Source of the DNA: Pavona decussata
Lineage: Eukaryota
Reading direction: 5' to 3'
NCBI GenBank assembly: GCA_977016875.1
Contig: CDRNST010000067.1
Coordinates: forward strand, 3,224,001-3,288,000
Length of the DNA: 64,000 nt
The translations under genes and the position numbers were made by a program. Within the stretch, counting starts at the first letter, position 1. Each line of letters starts with the position of its first letter. Below the pieces are notes generated by a model. That model ran no database searches. It saw only the letters and a program-made list of their open reading frames with translations, and was not told the DNA's origin. Positions 13,700 through 26,243 of the stretch are shown here, piece by piece.

Positions 13700-13978
13700 A
13701 CTGCAAGAAATCAAACAAGAACAAATGCTGTGGGCAGTGGAAATGTGTCACCACACACACTAGGTTCCACAAATTATTTCTTGATCCTGATGTTCATCAG
13801 CTGATCATAAGGAACAGAGGAGACATCAGGAATGACAGAGAAGACAATAGCAAGGGATCATTCCCGAAATCCAGTTACAGGGAAGGGAATCAGAAAACTA
13901 TGCCCGGGATGCATTGTTAAAACTGTTCGGTATCATTACCCTTCTCAAACTGGCGTGTATATGGGATTTAGGCATGAA
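13700..13978 (+). pseudogene. Remnant of a P2X7-ballast-like Cys domain (Kolobok KolX-type second ORF)
   Basis: KCCGQWKCVTTHTRFHKLFLDPDV ... GKGIRKLCPGCIVKTVRYHYPSQTGVYMGF matches the PxCxVxxIRxxFPxxxGxYxGF C-terminal signature. Frameshifted and internally deleted. Confidence 0.6.
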
Positions 13979-15129
13979 CAAGCTAAAGTAGTAGTTTGCT
14001 TTTGGTTTTATTACTGTCGATTTGAAAAATATTTAGTCTGCAACACTAACTGGGAAGAGCATGCACCCCTGGCCAAGTTTCAAGTTACCGCTCCACACAA
14101 ATAAAACCTGCTACATGTGTACGTCTTTCATGCCTAAAGCTCAAATAAGGACGTGGAGGATAGTTCAATCCCTAAAAACCCTTTCTTATCAATGGACACA
14201 CATTTTTGTTTTATCCTGTATACATAGACAGAATGGACCAGTCCATTGACCTCGGGAAAAATCTAGAAACTCTTGAAGTTGACCTCTGTCATGAATAACT
14301 GTGGGAACACCACTATTAATGACCAACAGTGTACATAGTCCATTTCACAATTCAGTGACCTTTGGTTTTCAACAAAATTATCGTTAGGATATATAACCAC
14401 CTCCAAGGGCCAAGCTAAATGGCAGTTTTAATGCATGCATGGACAGATTATGGTATGCAACACAGCATACTCATGTTCCCAAATTAGGCAGTAACTTGCA
14501 TTCAGTAGAAACTACTCCAAGAGTGTTTTTGTCAAACTGTGAGAATATCGATATTATAAAGTCCATTGTTGCTAGTATTCACATTTATGGTTGAACAAAC
14601 CTGCTGCATTATTTTATCACGAGTCAGTTCATATAATTACATTTATTAACTGTGCATTTTCATATCAAAACAGAAATTATGACAATTTATAAGTGGAAAC
14701 CTGTCTCCTTTTTTACACTGAAAAAAAAATACTAGGCACTGTTCCATTTGACATTTCAGCTATTTCAGTGACTGTCTGCCTTGCTCTCACAAGCTATCAA
14801 GACAGCACTTTCTCTAATGCTGGACAAAAGTGGCTGAAAAACCCAACTGGTACAGTCTTTTTAAAGACATGCCACAGGATTATCGCAGTGTTTGGGAACA
14901 ATTTAACAAGCTGCTAAAAGGCTATACAAACAAAAAAAATAACAAGAAGAACAAGCGATTTGCACTGCTCCTAACCCACCAACAGAAAATGAAGTAATGC
15001 TCGAAGAAAATCATTGAGGCTATGGATTCCAAAACCTTTTGTGTGGAAAATGCCAACAGTAAACAGGAAGAAAAGAGGAAGGAGGCACTTGCTTGCAGAG
15101 ATAAGGGCATGACAACCTGGCCCAAGGCT

Positions 15130-15900
15130 CACAGGAAAAAATTTTTAAAATCCATTAATGTTTTTTTTAGAAAAACAATGGTTTTCCTAATTAATCCATT
15201 CTATTAAGAAAACCATGAATGGTATTGAAATTAAATTCCCATTATAGAAAGAGAAACCACAAATGTTAATGAAATCACATTAATGGTTTCTGTAAAATAA
15301 AACATGAATGTGTACTCAAATTTCCACAGTGGAAGTTTTGTGGCATTTGACTTCTAACAACATTAATGATTTTTGGTTAAGCACCATGAATGGTTATGAT
15401 GCAATATTCAAAAGAGGAAAAGCCAATAAAAATAACGTTGTTGTGAAATTGAAAACCCATCATGTTTTTTTTTTAAAAAACATTCATGTTTACTGATTCC
15501 CATTGCTGGGAATATTAATTCCCATTATATTGTTTTTTGGCACTGAAAGATCTCAACAAAACAGGAATAAAAACATAAATGTTAATTTAATCTACATTAA
15601 TGGTTACTGTACAATAAAACATTCCTGTATATTTAAATTTCCACAATGAAAGTTTCATGGTAGTTTACCATTAAAAACATTAATGATTTTTGGTTAAAGA
15701 CCATTAATGGTTATGATAGAATATCCAATAGAGGAAAAGCCAACCACATTACATTGTTGTGAATTTGAAAAACAACCACGTTTTTTACCCCAAACCATTC
15801 ATGTTTACACTTATCCCCACTAATGGGAACAATACCAAGGTGGTATGGTCAGAAACCATTCATGGCCATTAAAGAAACCATGGATGGTTTAGAATTGAAA
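15130..15900. repeat. Left subterminal repeat region of the EnSpm element
   Basis: Many AAACCATTAATGG-like palindromic motifs, and a diverged direct duplication with ~316-bp offset (~15262-15530 vs ~15578-15830). Confidence 0.8.
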
Positions 15901-16064
15901 TTTAACTAAAGTTCTTATACAATAGTTCTATCAGAAATGTGAATGTTACAGATTGTTGTTACCTCAAGAAGCGTGACCAATCACCAACATTTGAATGACT
16001 GAAACACCTAATAAATGTCTGTTGTTCTTTTTATCACATTTGCTAGAGCTACAACATTGTATTC

Positions 16065-19000
16065 CTAAATTGCTGGTCGTTCCCATGTTGTATCATTCCA
16101 TTCCCCTACAGACAGCCCAATAACTGAGTTCCATGACACTCTATCCCTTGCAAGGCGAGAGTTTTCTTCTGGTTTGTAGACCTCTATCTGCATACCATAT
16201 TCATCTTCCTTCTCTCCAGCCTTAATATAGTAAACAACTCTAATAGTTTGATTTTCAACATAAATATTCAGTACTTTTGCAAGCCATGGCTGAGGATCAG
16301 TTCCATTTATAAAAACCATATCACCTTCTTGGGAATAAAACGGTATGACTATATCCTGTTCTGACAGTGGTACATTCTTTCGTTGAAAGTCAATCACTAT
16401 AGATTCTTGAGGCTCACAAGGGTTTGGGTAAACAATGGCCTTTCTCGCAATACTTGTTACAGGAGAAATTATCTCCTGCATTGGTGTGCCATTATTGTTT
16501 GAGATGATTTTGTAACCAGTACTTCCATAAAGGAAAGGGTTGCCTTCTGCATCATGTTTCAATGGGAGGACTTTTCCCTGCACAAAGGAGTGATGTTTCT
16601 GTTCAATTTCAACAGAAAGAAATCTTTCTACCACTAAAACTGCTGGCTGGTCCTGTCCAAGTAAGTTCAGGAGAACACATTCACCACTACGGTAGAGCAT
16701 ACCTGCTCCTTCAACTCCTTGTTGTGGCTTTAACAAACTCTTGAAGGGAATTCCAAAGTCTGAAATGGATGAATTACCAATTATTTCAGGAGCAGTGATG
16801 CTGGCTTCAATCAGATCAACTTCCCATCTTTTTAAAAAGGTGTCTCTATTATCTAACCCTCCAACAAGTATTCCCTTGTTGTACTGGTTTATGAGTGCTG
16901 AAGTACCTGCAGTCTTCATTAACTGTTGTGCCGCTTCTAAGCTGCTAGCAGCCATCTGTTAAAAGGGAAATACATAATTTGCTGTAGGTTACGTAAGGAC
17001 AACAAACAACAACAACTACAGCAAGTTTATTTTTAAATGTAAAAAGGAGGCAAAATGGACTGTTCACGGGTAGCAAATCTAGGCAGGCCAGACTGACACT
17101 AATACGTAAATTACCAAAAAAAAAATGACATTTATACAAGGGAAAATTTTATGAAAAGTGGAGATAAAGAAGAACAGGAAGACAATGAGGTAAAAGCATT
17201 ACAGGGGAGGATAAATAGGAGGATATATATGAGCATGCATGCAGGTGAAGTGGAGGTAGGTGTATATTAATGTAGAACAGTAGCTAAGGTGTTAGCTGGG
17301 AATTGATCTTTGTTGATCATGGAAAAATAAATGATAATTTGCTTTGCAATTAAAAAGGAAAGACCTTACCTGGTATTTTATTTTTGCAAGGAAAAGAAAT
17401 CAACAAAGTTTCTATTACTAACTGGGCAATTACTTTCTCTGCATTTTTTTTAGATTCTGCCTTTATTTTTACATGCCTGTACAATTGTCATGTAGTTTTT
17501 AATAAGCAATAAAATTCCCACATAGTACCTTGTCTACATCAATCCTGTACTGTCTCTCCAGCTGGCTTTCTGTGTATCCAAGGTGTTTCAGCAGTTCACG
17601 TCGGGCTTCCCTCTTAGCATAACTACACTCAATGTTTTTGAAGTTGCAGTTGGTTTTCACATATCTTTGAACAGCTCTTTCAAAAGCAAAACACCAGAAA
17701 TTGTCTGGATGACTGAAGCGCATGGCATCTCCTGGAATGTGAATCAGGTTATGGGCAGTTATAACACAAGCTGTGAGACCTCTTTGTTCTTCAATCAGAA
17801 TCAAATATCTCTTAGCTAGTTTTGCAAAGACATTCACGTCTTCATGATTCCAGCCATCCCTTTTTCCAAATACAAGCTCTGTCATTCTGACAATTAGTTG
17901 CCACATATGAAAATCCATTTCTTCGAGCAAATCTCCTATTATCACCTCAGAGGTAGGGAATGCAAACTTGTGTAGTTCCTCTGCTTTCCAGAATGCAAAG
18001 CGTGAGTTAAAGCCTTTAGGAACTCTACCATCTTTCAGTTCTGTGTAAAAAGATAACACACAGGTTAACATTAAAGTGTGCTATGATGTTGTTGACTTGA
18101 GCACCTCGACTCTATTTCTGACTGTTGTGATCTTCTTTCATTTCCAAATCATGAGGAGGTTTAAATGCTACTTTAAAAACATGAAAGTCCTCATCGGAGT
18201 AAATTGAAGGAAATTAAAAGTCTGAGTGCCAAAAACAAATGAACACCGTGAGTGATGATTTATTTCAGGCCACAGCAATTAAATAACTCAAAATAATAAT
18301 AACTAACCAGTTGTAAAATAATGATTTAGACATATGTTTTCTTTGATTTAGATTTATTTTTATAATAGTCTAATCAGAATTCACATGTACCTGCAGTCCA
18401 AGGAAAGGAGCACAGGCGTTCTTCAACAGTGGCTGCATCAATCTTCTCTGCTTGGATAAAGTGTTTTAGATGTGCTGAGATGACATTTGTTGGAAAATTG
18501 TGCATTGTATCAACGACCAGATCCTTGAAGATGTCAAACCCATACAGCTTGTGGAGTCGGTAAAAGATTGTCAAACCAGTGTAACCTGAGGCCTTGCCTT
18601 TATTTGCACGAACTGTTTTCCTGTCCTCACTATTGATATCCTTCATAGTTTGTAAGTCTTCATCTAGCTTTCTTTCCTCAAATGGAAATCTAGCATGGTA
18701 TCGGTTGGCACCATAGTAGTATGTACTACCACCGTCAGGATCTCTAGTCCCTATTATAGAACAAAAGTGATATTATGACTCCTGCATTATCCAATAATTT
18801 GCACAAACCAGTGCAATGTGATTTTAGAGGGGTTTTTGTGGCACTGTTTACAGTACCAGTGTATCTTGTCACAATCTACAAGCTAAACTGGACCTTTTGC
18901 AACTGGCAAGACTTAGTATCATCCATGGGCAAAATTACAAACCTACTGTAGATCTTGTAAATTAAGATCAGCCTTGCATAATTCACACATAGGTTAGGAT

Positions 19001-21476
19001 AGGATAATTTTTTAATACTCCAACCTGACAACAGCCAATTTCGCCCATAGCTAAAAATAATCTAGCTAATTGTAAAATAGTTAATTAGCTAATACTGACA
19101 AAATAATACTAAATAGTAATGATGAAACTTATATACATGTACTATGCACAAAGATTACAAAATTAACAGCTATCACTAATTAATTTGGCAATGTAAAACA
19201 TGTTTATACAGAACTAAACACATGATCCTTCATGTTTTTTTTGCTACTGTCATTTATTGCTTGCAAATGAATGATTATATGCTTACCCTTTAATTTATCC
19301 CGCCGGCATGGAAATATCCCATGTTTTATGAACTTGCCCACTTCATGCTGGGCAGGATAATCACCTGTCCAAAGAAGGATCAACACACGGATATTCAACT
19401 CACCAGCTGGCAGACAAGAAAATGGTCTAGCATAGTTGACCCTTAGACCTAAAAGTTTCAGTGAATAAGAGAATTATGTTATAATTGTTACTTCTATAAA
19501 CTCCTGTTATTCTCTTTACAAGCATATGGTTAAATTGTCACCCAATTTACATGTACATGTAATGTTATATTCGACATGTATTCCTTTCATAGACATTGGA
19601 ATCTAGCTAGGGAGAGCCACAGGTTTATCGATTTTAACTGAAAGTTCTACCCTCGTAAAATGAAATTATTATTTCAGAATGAACTCCATTCAAATAAAAT
19701 AAGAATTGCTAGTTAATAAATACATCTGAATATTGGTCATTTAAATTTATTTGACATGCAGATGGTATGAAAACAATAATGACCAACATACATTAATCAT
19801 ACTAACATGTGCTGTTTACATTCAATGTAATAGATACTCTTTGAAAGTTACCTTCAATGAAAATGTCCTCAACATCACTGATTAAAGGGTGAAGGAATGG
19901 GTCAAGTGTACAAGGTCGTGACTTTGGTAATTGATAGGATGTAACAAATCCAACCACATAAATCTCATCTGTACTGCTCCTTACAGCCTTTGTCATATTT
20001 GCAATTGTTACCTCAATAGCACCTAAATGTACAAGTGCAACAACATAATTAGATCTTCCTATTTTAATTAGTGAAAAGTAATTTACATCAATAATTATTC
20101 ATATAACTCATGAACAATTTATGAGCAATTAAATGAAGAGTACAGAAAATTAATAGAAATAAACATTTTTTTGCACAATGAAGAAAAATACTTGTCTGTA
20201 AAACTTACCACAACTATGACTTCCTGGGTAACCAAATGGCTGCCAGCCATCCCAATGACCAATCAAGGCTATGTTTCGGGGATCCCCTGTTGTGAAGATG
20301 GGTGCATGTATCCACTGGGTACCACATTCATCACAGGTGTTAACATGCTTGCCATCCTGCTCAGGAAAAGCTAATATCTCATCCACACTAATCACAGTTT
20401 TACAGAATGTGCACTTCACTGGGAGCATCCAATTGGATTCGAGGTTCCAGAACCAGTTCAGTTCATTGAATCGTGAACCATCCCATACCTCTTTCAGTGT
20501 AAAATTAGCTCCCTCTCCTCGTATCCAATGTCCCTTGTCTTCCCAGTGCGCCATCATTTTTGTGCACATTGCTTCATCGGCACACCATTGTTGTATGTTA
20601 TCGCTGATACTTAAATAGTAGTACTTGATAGTGCCTTGCTTTCCACAATACTTGCACACTGCTGTAGGGCTCTCCATGACATCCCAGTGACAGTAGTGAC
20701 TTTCATCAAGACAGATGTATAATTCTTTTGGCTCTTTATAGCCACATTTCCGTAAAAGAGCCTGTGTCTCTCTCCAGTCTGTAGGCCAAAGTTTCTTAAG
20801 TTCATCATCATTTCGACAAAGCAGTTCTTTTGAAAAACGTAGGACGTCTTCAAAGTCTGTCACTGAACCTTGCATTTGGTCAACCAAGTTTAATGCCTTA
20901 AGTATCGCACAGGTTATCTCCATGTTCACTGAGTTAACACTACTGGGACCAGTATCAGAATCACAATCAAAGTCACTGGTTCTTGCTTCATGGGTTGAAA
21001 AGTCCCCTGAATCCGAGTCTGAATCCTCTGAATTATCTTGCTCGGCACTCAATAATTCATTATTGCAAGAGGAAGTTGTAGGATCAGGTGAGTTGAGTTG
21101 ACATGAGGAGCTTTCAATGCTGTGTTTGAAACAGTATTCTCATATTAGAGATTTAATAACCGTTCAAGGGGGTTGGAGAGAAATAATTTATGAAGGAAAG
21201 CCAAAATAAATAAATTGTTAGTAACTTTCCCTATGTAATTAGTCATCATGAACAGAAATGTAAATCTAACTTAAGCTTTATATCTTACCTCATGGAGAGA
21301 GCTTCAGCTCTTTTCCAATGCGTGTATTCCGTTGAAGTCGATACAGCAGAAAAAGTGCACTCACTACAGGGGCAATGAACATGCTTATATGGTAAGCTGG
21401 AGCAGCGACAAGTAACGATGTCCTTTCTAGACCAGAATTCGTCCGAAAGACGTTGTCTTTTTGTTCCAAGCATCAT
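16065..21476 (-). CDS. EnSpm-type DDE transposase, 7 exons (21476-21289, 21119-20209, 20022-19852, 19448-19287, 18750-18391, 18040-17529, 16955-16065), ~1064 aa, apparently intact
   Basis: All introns are GT-AG with matching phases; 3195 nt with no internal stop by hand translation. Motifs IALIGHWDGWQPF, LLWTGDYPAQ..G....G..PCRR, VDTMHN, WKAEE, AHNLIH and FWCFAFER match the Tnp2/Transposase_21-type catalytic pattern. Confidence 0.88.
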
Positions 21477-21674
21477 GAAGTTAGAAGAAGAACTAAATTA
21501 TGATTTCCCCGATTGAAACTTCCCGCCAATGTTCTCCAACAGAGGAAGAATGGGTTCTAGATCTTACCATATATGGAGTTGGTGCTTCACGTATACGAGG
21601 TTTTCCGCGCAGTTCCCGCCATTTTCTTGTTGAAGGTTGGCGAAGGTTCATGGTTTCTTCAAAAACAACACAGA
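21477..21674. promoter_or_regulatory. Putative bidirectional promoter of the two EnSpm genes
   Basis: 198-bp gap between divergent ATGs; TTCCCGCCAA at 21520, TTCCCGCC at 21613 (E2F-like), CCGCCATTTT at 21616 (YY1-like). Confidence 0.5.
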
Positions 21675-24400
21675 ATGGAGTGGACAGTGCGAGAAGTAAG
21701 TGAAAAAATCAAAGAAAAATACAATGAAGACATCGCTAAAACGTTTGAAGGTGAGAACTCTGAATTGTGTTGTTGCAGTTTAATAAAAAGACCGAATCGA
21801 ACAGGCTCTTTCAAGCGCCCGAACAACGGGTTGATCTCTGTCAAAGCTGTCTGAGTATTAAGCTTAAAATTCCTACATCTAGTGCACATCTAGTACGGAT
21901 TGTTGCATGCATGAGCCGCACAAGTAACATTATCGTTAGCTTCTAACCGCCACTGGAGGAAACATTGTGAGAGAAAATGGTAAAGAGGTGGACTTTAGTA
22001 ATCTTGGGCGGATTGTTTGGCGCGAAAACGAACCACTCCTTCATTTTCTCGGAATTTGTAATCTTTCAAACGCCAAAAACGTTCACATGAGCTTACTCGT
22101 CCGTTTTTATACATTTAAATTGTCTCTTCCGTTAATTACTTTCAGAACAGAAAATTGATGGAAAAGCACTCATCTTTTTAGCAAAGGACGGTTCGTCGCA
22201 GCAGTTCGAGGCATGTGGGCTTAAGACCGTGGGCGACCAACTCCGTTTAAAAGAGTTCATCGCAGAAGTTCCTCTTGTTCACAGCCCCCGAAGAAACAAA
22301 AAACCATCTATTTTCGAACTTAAAGCAATGCCTCAGTTGAGCCAAAGGATCTACAAAGCGAAGTAAGTGTGTTGCTCTTTCCAAATTTGCTTTTCCTTCT
22401 AGCTAGTACATTTCGAATGGAAGGCATATGTATTTAGGCACATGTATTTACAGCGCTAAGAAACGAGCTAACATCACTTAAGAGGATTCAAACTTGAGAT
22501 TATTGCCTTTACATGAGTCTATGTTGCATCATTATAGAATAATGTGGAAATTGTTTTTGCGTGTCCCTTTGAACCCCTCTTTAACTATTTTGTTTTAGCA
22601 GTTGCTCAGGTGGTATAACCATACATGTATACAAAGCATGCGGTCAAGAGAAATGAGACTGTTCCTTTGTGGATCATAGTGCATTTCCGGGAGAAAGTTT
22701 CAGTTTATATCAGTAACCATTTACCAAAATTCATTGAACCATGTTCTTCACTGACAATTAGTTTAAGGAGTTTGAAGGAGAGTGTGGCGAAAATTGCCTT
22801 TTGTTCTTCCTCAGGAGAAAAGCTGTATCAGATGCAGCAGTAAAAAAATGGCCGGGCAACAAGATACCCGTTTTTAACAAAGACACAGAGGCCAAAAAGG
22901 AGCTTGATGAACTTGTAGACGCAATTGCAGAGGACTGTTCATATGAACCCGCAGGATTTAACAAAGACAGCATAAAACAGCACATCCTTGATGTCCTCAA
23001 TGAAAGAAGGCGAAGACATCGCAATGGACATGACTACACTCAGGTTAGAGGAAGTTTCTATATTTCTTTCTTTCTTTCTTTTTTTTGTTTTGTTTTGTTT
23101 GGAATTGCCTTTTGCATCTTGGGATTGGTTATGAAAACCCTTCAACGTTAAGTCGTGCATTGCTGACGAACAGTCACCTAGTTTATTGTTTGAAAGGAAG
23201 AACCCTTGACCTTTCTAGGTAAGATGAAGACTGTACTGCTATCAAGTTCTCCACTGCATATCTGTTTGGAGCATAATGTGCAGTTCCTATTTAACATTTA
23301 CTCTCATTTCATCAACTGTTATTCCTAGATTGACAAAAGGAAACTGAAGAAGAAGAAATCAGATGATGAAAGTAATGGGCAAAGAACTAGTGATTCTTCT
23401 AGCTGCGCCGACACTATAATCCTATGCCAAGAGTCAGACGAGGACTGCTCATCAGGAACTAAAGGAGGACATCCTAACAACAATGAAGATGGTGATAGTA
23501 GTCATGATGAATTAGATGCTTCTCAGCATGAATCACACATGATATCAACAAAGGAATTTAAAAAGAGAGGTAAAACATTAAAGTAGAAATATATAATGAT
23601 GCCATTATTTACTTTGAGCCGGTGTTGAAGGGATGGGTGTATGACCCTACTCCTAAAACTGTTTTGATTTGAATGGTCTGTTAATATTCTTTTTTAATAT
23701 TAATAACAGTCAATCAGCCAGCTGAGTAGGATGACCTTTTTTCAGTCTGTAACACCAAGTGATTTTGACTTTCCTTTTGTTTTGTGATTTCCCAAAGCTG
23801 ACTGAGTTGTAGTCCAGTTTCTGGGTGAAGGATATGGAAATGTATTTAGGCTCAATCTGAAGACAAGATGACAATTTATTTATTACACTCAAACAGCTAC
23901 TGTAGGCAAAGTAAAATATCACATTAACCAATATGCAGAGTTGTGAATAGTTCATTTTCCCTTTGGTATTTGTAATGTAATTGTACCTAAAGTGACAGCA
24001 ATACATGTTCCCCTCATTGCCATTTTACAGAATTTGTTTTGGATAAGAAGCCAACATGCACAGCTGGCTTAAAAGTATATGACATGCTGAATGCATATTT
24101 ATTGTCCTTTCTTAACATGTTACCCTTTAGGTACAAAGGGATGTTCCAGTTCTGGCTGCCAAGATAATTATTCAAGTGGCATTTAATGCATTACGTTTCC
24201 AAGATGTTGCAAGGAAGCAACTTGTTGCATATGTGAAAAAGTTTGGCCTTGCCACTGGAAAAGATGTTCAGGGCATGGAGAAGGAAAGAGCTGCTCAACT
24301 GCTTTCAGAGTATCTCATAACACAGAAAATCATTGTAGTTGGCAAGAAAAATCTGAATGCACTTCAAAGGGCAGATGTGACCAAGGCCAAGGCTTTCTGA
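21675..24400 (+). CDS. EnSpm accessory protein with N-terminal SAM domain, 6 exons (21675-21750, 22146-22362, 22815-23043, 23329-23569, 24031-24074, 24131-24400), ~358 aa
   Basis: The spliced N-terminus MEWTVREVSEKIKEKYNEDIAKTFEEQKIDGKALIFLAKDGSSQQFEACGLKTVGDQLRLKEFI fits the SAM consensus (W..V, F...IDG.AL, GL...G...L). GT-AG introns with consistent phases give 1077 nt open. The 44-nt exon 5 is the least certain. Confidence 0.78.
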
Positions 24401-25099
24401 TGGACTTGTAAATTTTGGACAGGAAATTAGTGACTTATTTGTTTTTCTATTGTTGGGACATGTTTGATATTAGTCTGTAAGCTAAGTGCTATCTTTGTTC
24501 AAAGTTTGATGCATACTTGTTCAATTGGATGTCTACCTCTGATGGAAAAGGTTTTAAGGAAAGATTACAAATGAGTGCAAAGTAATACACGTCTTGTATT
24601 GTACAGTCAGTGTCACTGTAATGCCTGTTGGCTTAATGGCAACTAAGCCATCGAGGTGTTCATTGCATTTCGTTTTAACTTTTTCCTTTTGTGGCTTCCA
24701 AGAACTTCTTGAAGTGTTTGTTGTGTTAACAATGTAAAGTATTCACTATGTTGTTTGGCTTCTTAAATAGAGCCGAATTGGCAAATAACTTCTGTGATAA
24801 TAATTGATCGACCCTAAATACAATGTAAAGCATGCATTGATATTTGTGTTAAATGTAATAAGGCCCAAGCTTAGTTACTGCTCCCATTGCAAGCATTTAC
24901 ACCTTAAAAGATGATTGGTCATGACTACATAACTTTATAAGTAATGACACAATTACTTGGTGTAATAAAGTAACTTTTATTTTCTTTTTAAAAGTAAGTT
25001 ATTTATGTTGAGTTAACATCTCTAAACCCGTGAGGAAAAAGACATTATTAAAGAGTTGATATAAGTGTAACAAAGCAGGGTTTTGATTGTAGTCCATTC

Positions 25100-25891
25100 C
25101 ACAATAGCATTAATCTTACCATACACCCTGCAGTAACTTTACTCTGAAATCTACAAATTATAATTATCCACAATGATAAAAATTGGAAAGATACTGTGGT
25201 AATTAAAAGAAACAGTTTGTTTTACATAATACCCACTAAAGATATCTCACGGAGTCATCACTGTCTTTTATTTAAAAACCATTGAAGAAATTGAAGGAAA
25301 AACATTGATGTTTCTGAAAAAAAATCTCCTGATGGATATCTCTTTTAACCCATGATGGTAAACAATGAAAAACCATTGCTGGAATTCAAAGAATCATTGC
25401 TGGCTTTTATTGAAATACCATCAAGGAGTTAACGAAATACATGGCTGTGTTACAATGGAAATCCTGTCAAGGGTTATTGGTATATCCATAATGGTAAAAA
25501 CTGGAAAACCATTGTGTGAAATAAGAAAAACAAGGATGTGTTTCTATATAAAACCACCATCTTAATACAGAGAATCATTACTGGGTTTTGCCAATAAAAC
25601 GTTAAGGGATTAGAAAAACACATAAATGTGTTTCTAGGGAATTCCCATAAAGGGTTACTGACCATTTACCACAATGTTAAAGATGGGAAAAACCATGATG
25701 GGAATTCAAATAAACAAGAACATGTTTTATGTAAAACCCATTATGTTATATCTTATAATATCATTACTGGTTTTCTACGAAAAGCCATGAATGTTAAGAA
25801 TTCGGATTTTCCATCAATGGTTTTATGAATGTGAATTACCCATAAAACCATTCAAAAAACCATTCTTGGAATTAAGGATTTTTTCCCTGTG
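25100..25891. repeat. Right subterminal repeat region of the EnSpm element
   Basis: Dense AAAACCATTG/AAAACCATGATGG-like motifs leading into the terminal TTTTTCCCTGTG. Confidence 0.75.
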
Positions 25892-26243
25892 GCTGGGGAA
25901 AAAAGTGAAAATTCTGATTCCGGAGAAATTGACAGAGTAGAAGACTGCAAAGAAGGGAGGAAGAAAATGAAAAGCTACTCCTGACGTCTTCCAGTAATCA
26001 ACAGAGAAAACAGCCCAGGAAACAGACCTCAGCAGCTTCAGGCTGAGTAGCAAAAGGAGCAATTCAACTTGCAACAAGAGAAGAGCAGATAAAGCAAATG
26101 ATGCAAAGTCAGTGAACACTCAAAACCTTGTTCTTGCTGTCATATAGAAACTTTCAACAAAGTGATAACATTTGATGGCTTGGATTTGATGAATGTTTGC
26201 CATCCCATACATTCAATGACACTGTATTTTTTAATTGAACTAC

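Larger units (their letters stand above)
15130..25891 (-). mobile_element. Full-length EnSpm/CACTA (CMC superfamily) DNA transposon, 10762 bp
   Basis: Termini CACAGGAAAAAA...TTTTTCCCTGTG; 3-bp TSD GCT at 15127-15129 and 25892-25894; subterminal CCATT(A)ATGG-type repeats at both ends; Tnp2-like transposase plus a divergent second gene. Confidence 0.92.
14990..26160 (+). pseudogene. Decayed Harbinger-type Myb/SANT partner gene C-terminus, split by the EnSpm insertion (pieces ~14990-15129 and 25895-26160)
   Basis: LEENH/EAMDS...KQEEKRKEALACRDKGMTTWPKA joins in frame, across the GCT TSD, to GEKSENSDSGEIDRVEDCKEGRKKMKS. Family call is from recalled similarity only. Confidence 0.5.
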
